Shown: piece after piece, positions 1 through 10,691 of the stretch | How the letters are laid out: every line of letters begins with the position of its first letter | How positions within the stretch are numbered: the stretch's first letter is position 1 | Assembly (NCBI RefSeq): GCF_001194135.2 | Contig: NC_068996.1 | Location: 18,539,589 to 18,576,143, forward strand | Source: Octopus bimaculoides | Taxonomy: Eukaryota | Direction of reading: 5' to 3' | Length of the DNA: 36,555 nucleotides | Translations under genes and position numbers: made by a program | Notes under the pieces: model-generated | Databases searched by the model: none | The model's input: only the letters and a program-made list of their open reading frames with translations | What the model was told of the DNA's origin: nothing

Positions 1-38
<38 letters not shown>

Positions 39-80
39 TATATTGTATATGTATATGTAATGAATGTGTGTGTGTTTATA

Positions 81-1170
81 TGTAGAGAAGGAATTATATT
101 TGCGAACACTCAATTTATCAGAATTATCAGTGTTTTAAAAACCAATGAAAAGGTTTCTTATTTCTTTTGGATGCCACATGTCTGATAAAATTGTAACATA
201 AGAAATTAAAAACCATGCAGTCATTGATGCCATATGTGTTGAACCCTCTTAACGTTCGGACACTATAAGGAAACAGCAATTCATCCAACGGGTTCAAAAA
301 GGGTTATCGATGGTGGTCCAGGAAAATCAACGAGGGCCATTACCAGAGAACTTCCAGTGTCGGAGTAGACTATCAGAACTGTGATGCACAAACATGTTCG
401 AAACAAATTGTATTTATTGAGGAAAAACCAATTCGTGTCTACAAAGACAGGAAAATTTTGATCTGTATCAAGCTGTTACCTAAGGTTTAAAGCCTTACGT
501 ACATGGAAGTCTGGTGAGAAAATCTTTGACCAACACTTGAAGGAGAAAAGACAGATGCCTATGTGCAGATATTTCTGATGTCTCCAGAGTGATGCACGCT
601 AATTTTTCTACAAATCTGATGATTTTAGAAGTGTTGAATAATGAAGGTCATGTCACCACAGATCTTTCCATAGGTTTTTAGAATTAATGCTGCCGGATGT
701 GTTGAGGTACTGTAATGAATTGTGTCTTGGATGGGATGAAGCGTGCAGTGGAAGGTGTACGTTTTTCGAACAAGACTCAACATCTCACAAAACTCAAGTA
801 ACCCAAGATTGGATGTAACGATAATCTTTATGATCATATAGCAGTAAATATGTGGCCACCAAACTCGACAGATATAATCCCATGGGCTACGAAATTAGGT
901 ACATTGTGAATGGGAAACTAATCAACATCCTCACTATACCATGGCGTCACTAAAGGCCGCCATTGCCCAGGTGATGTCCAAAAATATGTAAAGGATATTT
1001 AGTGCAGGAATGCCATTGATTCCTGTCCCGCATAAAAGGAATCATAGAAGCCGAAGCTCGATTCAAGATAGTTTAGGGAGGATATGGGTACAATAATTTT
1101 TGGAAATGGGTTTTTGCTAGATTAGCGCTGTTTTATTAATTACGTTCTCAGATACTTTTCATGTCCTGTA
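81..1170 (+). mobile_element. Degenerate Tc1/mariner DNA transposon (probably DD37D/maT-like), near full length
   Basis: Frameshifted transposase motifs: NNEGHV..IF..GFRINAAG.VEVL (~630-715), F(E)QDS..H..QVTQDW (~763-815), MWPPNS.D.NPM.Y (~850-890), ETNQHPH.TMASLKAAIA (~915-970). Right end ...ACTTTTCATGTCCTG|TA at 1169-1170; gapless 16/28 match of this end to 81-108 as a decayed left TIR. Confidence 0.8.
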
Positions 1171-1465
1171 TATATACAATTCCCATACACGCTCGCAGTC
1201 ACGTGATATGTATATATTATAAAAATGTTCGAATTTTAGTTATCATTTTAAAGCGTCAAATACTTTAAAAGGCATTCAAATTAACAACGGAAATTTACAG
1301 ATGCGAAGTGATTTACTGAGAGATTTTGTCAAATTTATTGGAAGATTTGGGTGGGTTTCGATTTTTCAAGTTTCACCTGACAACAGCATTTCACACAAGA
1401 CCAGATTGCATAAGTCGACTGGGAAAATATAACGTCACAAACAGCTAAAAATTCTGTGTGTGTGT

Positions 1466-1516
<51 letters not shown>

Positions 1517-2031
1517 NNNNNNNNNNNNNNNNNNNNNNNNNNNNNNNNNNNNNNNNNNNNNNNNNNNNNNNNNNNNNNNNNNNNNNNNNNNNNNNNNNNN
1601 NNNNNNNNNNNNNNNNNNNNNNNNNNNNNNNNNNNNNNNNNNNNNNNNNNNNNNNNNNNNNNNNNNNNNNNNNNNNNNNNNNNNNNNNNNNNNNNNNNNN
1701 NNNNNNNNNNNNNNNNNNNNNNNNNNNNNNNNNNNNNNNNNNNNNNNNNNNNNNNNNNNNNNNNNNNNNNNNNNNNNNNNNNNNNNNNNNNNNNNNNNNN
1801 NNNNNNNNNNNNNNNNNNNNNNNNNNNNNNNNNNNNNNNNNNNNNNNNNNNNNNNNNNNNNNNNNNNNNNNNNNNNNNNNNNNNNNNNNNNNNNNNNNNN
1901 NNNNNNNNNNNNNNNNNNNNNNNNNNNNNNNNNNNNNNNNNNNNNNNNNNNNNNNNNNNNNNNNNNNNNNNNNNNNNNNNNNNNNNNNNNNNNNNNNNNN
2001 NNNNNNNNNNNNNNNNNNNNNNNNNNNNNNN

Positions 2032-2069
<38 letters not shown>

Positions 2070-2394
2070 GTTTATATATATATGTGTTTATATATATGTA
2101 TATGTTTATATATATGTATATGTTTATATGTATGTATATATGTTTATATATATGTATGTGTTTATATGTATGTATATGATCATATGTATGTATATATGTA
2201 TATAGAAATGTATATATTGATATATGCACTCATATAAACACATATATGTGTATATAAACATATAAATGCATATATATTTGTGTATATATACATATATGTT
2301 TGTATTATGTGTATATATGTTTGTGGTTGTGTGTTTGTATGTGTATGTACATCTTTGTGTGTGTGTGTGTGTGTGTGTGAATATAATTGTATAA

Positions 2395-2454
<60 letters not shown>

Positions 2455-2499
2455 GTATCTATACGTGTGTGTGTGTGTATAAATTTATACCTGTATATA

Positions 2500-2530
<31 letters not shown>

Positions 2531-2779
2531 GCAATGGGAGAAGAGACGGAGAGAGATAGAAAGGAAAAAGAAATACATTATACATGTCTAATGTGCCTGT
2601 GTGTTTACACTCACGTACGCACTCTTCATGCACGTATATATTTTCGTATATGTATGTATATACATATTGAGTGCTGCAGAGGTAACACCCTTTTTTTTTT
2701 TAATGCTGCAAAGTTAATTCTGTCCGAGTTGGGAATCAGAATTATATATATTTGCAACAGGTTGGTGCGCTGCTCCAAC

Positions 2780-3143
2780 ATAGATTAAGCGTTCAGGAAC
2801 GGTTAGAGGTTAATTTTGATCGAAGTCTGTTAGGACAACATTGCCACCACGATCACCACCTGACTTTTTCATCTGGACTATACTCAAAGATGTTTATAAC
2901 CTCAAACCGAAAACAATTCCTGAAACAAGGAATTTCTGTGATGTGTTAATAGGGCTCAGGGTTGTATTGAACACGAAAGACAGCCTTTTGAAGATTTTAA
3001 TTAGTTTGATAATCGTAACAGATCTTGTTTTTATAAGACACTATTTATAAATCTTCTTAAACTACTGTAATTATTTTCATTTGATTGAAGTTATTATATA
3101 CAAAAAAAAAAAAAAAGGCGTTACTTTTTGCCGTAGCCTGTAT
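2780..3143 (+). mobile_element. Tc1/mariner transposase C-terminal relic with probable right terminus
   Basis: Translation PPRSPPDFFIWTILKDVYNLKPKTIPE resembles WPPRSPDLTPxDFFLWGxLKxxVYxxKPxTIxELK; sequence ends ...TTTTTGCCGTAGCCTG|TA near 3141-3143. Confidence 0.65.
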
Positions 3144-3278
3144 AGTTATACATATTCATACAGTAACACATCTATAACACAGTTATTGAGATATAAGTAT
3201 CCTCTGCGTGTGCGTGTGTGTGTGTGTGTGCACGTAATAAGTATATATAGGGAAATATATTTTCTACGTATAAACATT

Positions 3279-3314
<36 letters not shown>

Positions 3315-3491
3315 CTAAATGTTCATATAAATACATATTTGTACATAAATATTTTATTGTTTGATAGAAACCTATTGAACTAATGTGGTGTATATGTGTG
3401 TGTGTATATGTTTCATGCATACATACATGTATATGTATAGATACACATAAACGTTTGTATTTGCGTTAATATACATACACACACATATGGT

Positions 3492-3597
<106 letters not shown>

Positions 3598-3988
3598 ATA
3601 TATTTGTATATGTACATATGTATGTGTATATGTTTGCGTGTTTGGAGTGTGTATATATTGCAATGACTCTTGCGAAGTACAGTTTATTATTCCTGGTTTT
3701 CGATTCATACCTTCGAACGCAACAAAAGAAATTGCTTAAGTTTCTCTTCTTTTTAAACTTATTTACTCAAAGATTTTGTACCTTGACATGTGTGTTGTAA
3801 GTGGCCCAGAACATCTTCCATTGTAACGAATAATCCCCAGTGTATTTTTGTGTGTAGTTATGTATTAAATGTGTGTGTGCATTCGTACGTGTGTTTGTGC
3901 ATATATGTGTGTGTGTATTTGTATTCGGAGATGGTTATAGTTTTTGCCAATCAATCACACGCAGTATATATTCGTTCTTCACTTCAGC

Positions 3989-3994
3989 TTTATT
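3989..3994 (-). promoter_or_regulatory. Candidate distal poly(A) signal AATAAA of mab-21
   Basis: First exact AATAAA on the minus strand after the stop, about 33 nt past the long hairpin. Confidence 0.35.
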
Positions 3995-4026
3995 ATTATT
4001 GTTATTCTTATTCTTATTTCAGTGTC

Positions 4027-4167
4027 CTTTGTGTGAAACCTTTCGTCACGCATCCTGTGACCTCTTCAACGGCATTCCATCTCACGTTCTGTTCAGTCCA
4101 TTCTGTCAGTGAGATAAATTGTCGCTGAAGAGGTCACAGGATGTGTGACGAAAGATTTCACACAAAG
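4027..4167. repeat. Long inverted repeat: 59-bp gapless stem (4027-4085 with 4109-4167), 23-nt loop
   Basis: Paired positions sum to 8194 along the whole stem; 52/59 Watson-Crick pairs. Confidence 0.95.
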
Positions 4168-4228
4168 TTGCTATAATAATGATAATAACAATAAAGTTGA
4201 AGTAAAGAGCGAGTATACAATGAGCGTG

Positions 4229-4234
4229 TTTAAT
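4229..4234 (-). promoter_or_regulatory. Candidate proximal poly(A) signal ATTAAA of mab-21
   Basis: First AATAAA/ATTAAA hexamer I find on the minus strand after the stop; U-rich sequence on both sides. Confidence 0.35.
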
Positions 4235-4407
4235 TAGCAAACAAAAAAAAAGAAGAAAAAAAGAAAAGAAAAAGACCATCCCCAAATACAATATCAACAC
4301 ACGATTTCACATCAGGAATCTTGCAAAACTTAGCTAACCCTATTTCTCTAAACTGCAGATGGAAGCACCGGCGGTCACCAGTCAAATTTCACGTAAATAC
4401 ATAAACG

Positions 4408-4485
<78 letters not shown>

Positions 4486-4912
4486 ACTAGTGTATAACTT
4501 TTAACTCGTAATGTATGCATTATTATATAGGCGATCTTATCCAGTTGTATTAATAATACTAATAATTCTTTACATTGACGACCTGTATAGTAGGGAAAGG
4601 GGAAAAGATTTGATTGTGTAATGCTGTGATGATAATGATGTTGGTAGTAGCAAGTTTTCCTATGTGACAACAACAGTAACAGAAACAACAACAACAACAA
4701 CAACAACAACAATAAATAGTAAATTCATAATAAATAAGAGTTGTAGTTGTTGTAATTATTATTAATAATAATAATAGTAGTAGCATCGTATCAAATGAAT
4801 GTAATTAACGATGATCATTAGAGGTTGTTAAATGAAAACAAGTGACCATAAATATTAGTTGTTTTGTGTGGCGTGTGTATGTTTTCTGTTTATGTGTTAA
4901 TGCTTTTTTCCT

Positions 4913-6016
4913 CTAGAGTTTTTCCAAGCTTCTCGGATTAGTTAACAACTCCCTGAGAATTCTCCACACTTGTTTAGCAGCGCTATCCATTGCTGATGGA
5001 GATCTGCCTTTAAAAAGGTCCAAGTTTGGAAGAAAATAATGCGGACACCTCCGATTTTGTAGACACGAGATCAATTGCAGGAGAATACCGTTAATTCTGT
5101 CCCCTAAACATGTATCGTCCCACTCCACTTCTCTCGGGTGTTTTTCACACTCGTACAGCAGTAATGTCTTCATGTGGTAATTTGTGATGGGCTGACTGGG
5201 TAGCTCCAAGTGTCGGTCTCTCATTGCTTTTAGTATACTCAAGCACTTTCTTCTGCACCCACCACACAACAGTCTGTCTTCAGCGTATTTAAACGACATC
5301 ACCCACGCGTCACCCTCAGCTGCCGATTGTTTGTCTTTCATGTAAATACTTTCCTTGGATAATAGATCAAATCCTTCGGTTTTCACTTCAGCTATTAAAT
5401 TCGGGCTTGGCCACGGTATATGAGGGACAGGCCAGTGTGCTGCGCTCCGTGACCATATGCCCCCGCAACGAAAGGCCGGTGTTATCTGCACTACATACCT
5501 TTCTTTGATACGTAACTTCACCTCTGTGGTATCGGCAACCATTTTCACAACCTCTCGGTAACTGCACTTGTCCACTGCCTGCGCCACCAGTGTTTGGAAC
5601 CTTGAACGTATTTTCCTTGCTGATAGGTATCCGGAAGCAGTAATGAATTCGACCCAGAGTGACATGGACCGTTTACGACCGTCACTTAATTTCAACACGG
5701 CACAACCAGGTATAGTTCCATCGTCTACAAAATTAAAGACGCCCATTTGGTTTAGATATAGAACGACTTCATATTCTGTTGGTGATATAACTTCCATACC
5801 TTCATATCGACCTGTGTTCGATTCGTTCAAGGAGCTTATGAAGCGAGGCTCTTGTACTTCAACCTCTTTCAGAACGTCCTGTACTACTTTGCACACCTCT
5901 CTTACCGTCTTAGCAATGTTAGCCTTTCGTGTTTGTACACGTTCATTATAATACTTGTTTAACTGGAAAAGGAGTTTTGATTGTGCAGCCATCATATCTG
6001 ATCCTTCGAGTAACAT
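4913..6016 (-). CDS. mab-21: Protein mab-21-like (MAB21L1/L2 orthologue; cGAS/MAB21 nucleotidyltransferase fold), 367 aa from first ATG or 360 aa from ATG at 5995
   Basis: Uninterrupted ORF with hallmark MAB21L sequence: MMAAQSKL..LNKYYNER, KEVEVQEPRFISSL, YEGMEVISPTEYEVVLYLNQMGVFNFVDDG, LKLSDGRKRSMSLWVEFITASGYLSARKIRSRFQTLVAQA, CEKHPRE, CPHYFLPNLDLF, ending LTNPRSLEKL-TAG. An in-frame TAA lies 16 codons upstream of ATG 6016. MMAAQ (5995) aligns with the vertebrate start MIAAQ (from recall). Confidence 0.98.
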   Translation of the reverse strand: MLLEGSDMMAAQSKLLFQLNKYYNERVQTRKANIAKTVREVCKVVQDVLKEVEVQEPRFISSLNESNTGRYEGMEVISPTEYEVVLYLNQMGVFNFVDDGTIPGCAVLKLSDGRKRSMSLWVEFITASGYLSARKIRSRFQTLVAQAVDKCSYREVVKMVADTTEVKLRIKERYVVQITPAFRCGGIWSRSAAHWPVPHIPWPSPNLIAEVKTEGFDLLSKESIYMKDKQSAAEGDAWVMSFKYAEDRLLCGGCRRKCLSILKAMRDRHLELPSQPITNYHMKTLLLYECEKHPREVEWDDTCLGDRINGILLQLISCLQNRRCPHYFLPNLDLFKGRSPSAMDSAAKQVWRILRELLTNPRSLEKL

Positions 6017-6305
6017 GAGGACAGCTTTTCTGTGGCCTAAGCCAAAATCACAACGATAACCTTATAGGAATTTTAAACCAAATACCTTTAGAAATGGAGT
6101 AATGTTGTTTTACTACTGTAGAAGTAATACAGTAGTAATTTTAAATGGTGGTTACTGGAGGTGGCGGTAGTAATAGTAGTTGTTTGGCGATGTTCTTGAG
6201 TTCACTGGTATAAATTAACGTTTTTAGTGCTTCGCAATGGAAACCAAATTTGATGCAGGGCAATATGGGAAATATTATTACTGCATTTAGATTTTTGATT
6301 TTCCT

Positions 6306-6430
6306 CTATGAAAAAGAAAGATAGGAGTGAAGCGGGCTGGTCCGCTTCCAGTTTGATTTTTCTTTCAATGCCAAAATCAGCTCCAATTCTTAATTATTTT
6401 CACACAAAATTTGACTTGTTCATTCATTAC
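6306..6430 (-). other. Candidate 125-nt intron in the mab-21 5' UTR
   Basis: Minus strand donor AAG|GTAATG at 6430 and acceptor CTCCTATCTTTCTTTTTCATAG|AG ending at 6306. Confidence 0.35.
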
Positions 6431-6916
6431 CTTCGTTTGTTATCTCTTTCTTTCTTTTCTCCTCTCTCTCTCTTTTCTCCTTTCTCTTTTTTTTTGTTTT
6501 TTTTGTTTTTTTTTGCTTCGTCCTTAGGTAATATATGTAATTTATGTAATTATTTCCACAATATGAGACTGGTATTTCTTATCAGTACCACTAGAACCGT
6601 TATTGTTCGGGTTTTGCTTTATCATTGTTTTTGTTTAAATACTTGTGAATGGTACTTTCCGTTTCAAGTGACGTTAAAATGAAATTATTTGTCCCACAGT
6701 TTGTGTTTCTCCTTTTTTAATCTTGAATAATAATGATAAAACTCTATTTTCCGTTATGTGGCACTTGTGTGTGTTTATGTGAAAATATTTTAGTTTTCCT
6801 TCTTCAAATTAAGAACCGTTCGTCCATAGAAGGGAAATTGTTGGCTAGATTGGTGATTGCCTTCTCTTTCAGTCTGACCAAGTAGCAGTATACAACAAAC
6901 ACCGACCAACCGACTT

Positions 6917-6922
6917 AACTGA
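6917..6922 (-). promoter_or_regulatory. Possible initiator (TCAGTT) for mab-21
   Basis: Matches the TCAKTY Inr consensus within a non-repetitive, GC-richer block (6840-7130) with a GA-rich tract further upstream. A 6-mer alone is weak evidence. Confidence 0.2.
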
Positions 6923-7303
6923 CTGCCAGACCAGACAGAACCAAACACTAATAGTAGCACCCAGACGGCTACACTGACACGCCTACCTTGCTTTGCAGTC
7001 CCAGCTAACAACAATGCTTGCTATGTGTATAATACCTATCAGCGAGGGATGATGATAGCTGAGCAGGCACCGACCGAAAGATATGCGTAGTAGGAGAAAC
7101 CTAATGTTGACGACGACAGGGAGTGAGAAAGAATGTAGAAGAGGAAACGGGAAATGAAAGAGAGAGAGAGAGAGAGAGATGAAATAGTGAGGGGGGAGAA
7201 TACAAAGGAAAGAAAAGGGTCGACTCGAAAGGTAGAATTGCCATGAATTTTTGACTGTTATATCTCTTCCCTCAAAATTTCACGTGCATGCTTTCACATA
7301 CGC

Positions 7304-7341
<38 letters not shown>

Positions 7342-7639
7342 CGTGTATGCGCGCGCCTCTCTGTATGTATGTGCATTTGTTTTTTTTTTTTTTGTTTTTT
7401 GTTTTTGTTTCTCCTAGTAATTCTCTGTCGATGCCTTTCCGACCATTCTTCGAGTTGTCGCCAGACAACAAAATATGCATCCGCTTAGACAACAATACAT
7501 GCAACGCAACACAAAAACGCATACATAATCACAGCTATGTGTACCTCTTATAACTGTATAAACACATATACATACACACACACGACTTCCATCTACCAAC
7601 AATACCCAGCAAAATCATTGGGAACGTCAAATCAAGGTT

Positions 7640-7648
7640 GTCTGGGCG

Positions 7649-7705
<57 letters not shown>

Positions 7706-7990
7706 TGTCATTATTATTATTATTATTATTATGTTATTGTTATTTTGCTGTTGTTGTTGTTGTTGCCTTTTTGCTAGTTTTTGTCCGTTGAGACTTTCCA
7801 GCCAATCACAGCTCATATGTAACCACCACACACACACACTCACGCCCTCCCCCTCTCTTTCTCTCTTCTCACGCATATTTCCCCACATTATCACACTTGT
7901 CACACTTCGCTGTCCTTGTCCTCGTCGTTGCATTCATCATCATCATCATCATCGTCATCATCATCATCATCAACATCATCATCATCACAA
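7640..7990. repeat. Compound trinucleotide microsatellites (TTA)n, (TGT)n, (CAT)n
   Basis: Directly visible runs; they explain the poly-L/Y/N/H/S ORFs. Confidence 0.9.
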
Positions 7991-8383
7991 CTACCACCAT
8001 CGCCCCCTTACTATCGTTGTTGTCGACATCATCGGTTTATTCTTTTTTATATTTTCATTTCAATTTTGTTCTCCTTCATCCTCAGCCCCCACCCACACCC
8101 CGCACCATCCGTGACATATTTTCCCCCCCCTGAATTTAAAAAAACAACTACAAAAAAAAACAACAACAAAATAGTGTTTATCTTTTTTCGGTGTTTCTCT
8201 TATTTCTTCTTCTAGATCTCATCCACAATAATTTTATTATTATTATTTTACTTTAATTTTTCACTTTACCCTTACCTTATCCAACATCTGTTTAATTACG
8301 GTATTAAAAACGAGTTAACACCGAAAAAAAAAAAAGAAATCCTCGAAGCCACGCCTACATGCCCCACTCCCTCTTTCTTTCTT

Positions 8384-8433
<50 letters not shown>

Positions 8434-9973
8434 TCTCTCTAGCTCATCCATTTTTGGATTATTTTAACAGACTGCTTGATGCAAAATTCACTTCTCTCAT
8501 CCTCATCAATATTATTATTATATTATTTATTATCACCGTCATATACGTATGTGTGTGAGTGTGTGTGTGTGTTAAAATTTAGTTCCCCCTCATCGAATTT
8601 CATTCTCCTCATCATTCTGTAAAATTAATACATTTTTTTAAAACAAAATTTCGAAGGAATATGTTTTCGAGAATGTAGATTAAGATAATGTCAACATTTT
8701 TTTTTTAACAGGGAGAGCAGCGGGGGTCATTCCGTACCCATGCAGCGGACTCTCATTTCGTTAATTTCCGTAACTTAGAGGTTTGGGTTTTTCAGTCCAC
8801 ATATTTCCCCTTTCGCTCGATTTACGTATGGAACGACCAACATTACGTAATCTATACCCACGAAAGCCTATTTTCTCAAAGTTAAATTTAAAAATATAGA
8901 TTTTAAACAGGGTTATGAGGAAAAGGTTCGAATTGGGGGTGGGGGTCATGAATGATTTACAACTGCTTAGAATTTTCCCTTTCCCCCCACTTTTTGTATG
9001 TCTGTTCCTCTGCATATATCTACTTATAAATGTACATACATATGTGCACAAGTGTGTATGCATATGTATGTGTGCGTGTGTCAGTATTATTTATACGTAT
9101 ATATGTATGTATGTATATATATATATATGTATGTATATATATGTTTATATATACGTATATCTATGTGTATATATATATATGTGTGTATACGTGTGTATAT
9201 ATATATNNNNNNNNNNNNNNNNNNNNNNNNNNNNNNNNNNNNNNNNNNNNNNNNNNNNNNNNNNNNNNNNNNNNNNNNNNNNNNNNNNNNNNNNNNNNNN
9301 NNNNNNNNNNNNNNNNNNNNNNNNNNNNNNNNNNNNNNNNNNNNNNNNNNNNNNNNNNNNNNNNNNNNNNNNNNNNNNNNNNNNNNNNNNNNNNNNNNNN
9401 NNNNNNNNNNNNNNNNNNNNNNNNNNNNNNNNNNNNNNNNNNNNNNNNNNNNNNNNNNNNNNNNNNNNNNNNNNNNNNNNNNNNNNNNNNNNNNNNNNNN
9501 NNNNNNNNNNNNNNNNNNNNNNNNNNNNNNNNNNNNNNNNNNNNNNNNNNNNNNNNNNNNNNNNNNNNNNNNNNNNNNNNNNNNNNNNNNNNNNNNNNNN
9601 NNNNNNNNNNNNNNNNNNNNNNNNNNNNNNNNNNNNNNNNNNNNNNNNNNNNNNNNNNNNNNNNNNNNNNNNNNNNNNNNNNNNNNNNNNNNNNNNNNNN
9701 NNNNNNNNNNNNNNNNNNNNNNNNNNNNNNNNNNNNNNNNNNNNNNNNNNNNNNNNNNNNNNNNNNNNNNNNNNNNNNNNNNNNNNNNNNNNNNNNNNNN
9801 NNNNNNNNNNNNNNNNNNNNNNNNNNNNNNNNNNNNNNNNNNNNNNNNNNNNNNNNNNNNNNNNNNNNNNNNNNNNNNNNNNNNNNNNNNNNNNNNNNNN
9901 NNNNNNNNNNNNNNNNNNNNNNNNNNNNNNNNNNNNNNNNNNNNNNNNNNNNNNNNNNNNNNNNNNNNNNNNN

Positions 9974-10036
<63 letters not shown>

Positions 10037-10234
10037 GCATATGTATATACATGTATATGTATGTATATATGTATAAGTAGATATATGTTTGGATATATGT
10101 ATATATATATATATATGCATATATACATATATCCATATATATGTATGCGTATATATGTATGTATATGTATGTATATATGTATATACATGTGTGTGTGTGT
10201 GCATGTATATCTATATATGTCTGTGTATATATAG

Positions 10235-10395
10235 TTGAATTTTATAAAAAAAAACAAAGACGAAGACAGGTTTATAAAGAATAAGCAGGTGTATTAGTTT
10301 GACGCTCGGGAATGTGAGAAAGTCTTTTACGTTTCGAGCCCATGCTCTTCAACAGAAATGAACAAGAGGAAATAAACAGAGAAGAAGAAAACTTT
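10235..10395 (-). repeat. Short interspersed repeat relic carrying a hammerhead-like motif (possible Penelope-type terminal repeat)
   Basis: Non-microsatellite block between (TA)n tracts; minus strand TTGAAGAGCATGGGCTCGAAACGTA. Confidence 0.35.
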
Positions 10396-10652
10396 GAGAG
10401 CTTACTATGTATATATATATATATATGCATGCATATATATATATGTGTGTGTGTGTGTGTGTATGCATATATATATATACAAAAATATATTTGTATATAT
10501 ACATATGTATGTAGGTATATATTTCTGCATGCTTATATGTGTGTGTGTGTGTGTGTGNNNNNNNNNNTTTGTCAAGTAAAGACACACCGAAACACAGAAG
10601 CTACGAGCGAGCGCCAGAGAAGTGCGCGCAAACAAACACACACACACACACA

Positions 10653-10691
<39 letters not shown>

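Noticed and set aside
1456-2237. Long ORFs spanning N runs (also near 9-10 kb, 14.5-15.3 kb, 20-21 kb, 22.4-23.1 kb)
   Set aside because: Artefacts of assembly gaps flanked by (TA)n; translations are IY/YI repeats and X.
5568-5951. 127-aa plus-strand ORF
   Set aside because: Antisense shadow of the mab-21 CDS; no independent family signature.
7535-8215. Poly-Q/N/H/S ORFs resembling transcription-factor low-complexity regions
   Set aside because: Entirely explained by trinucleotide microsatellites; no domain, no splice context.
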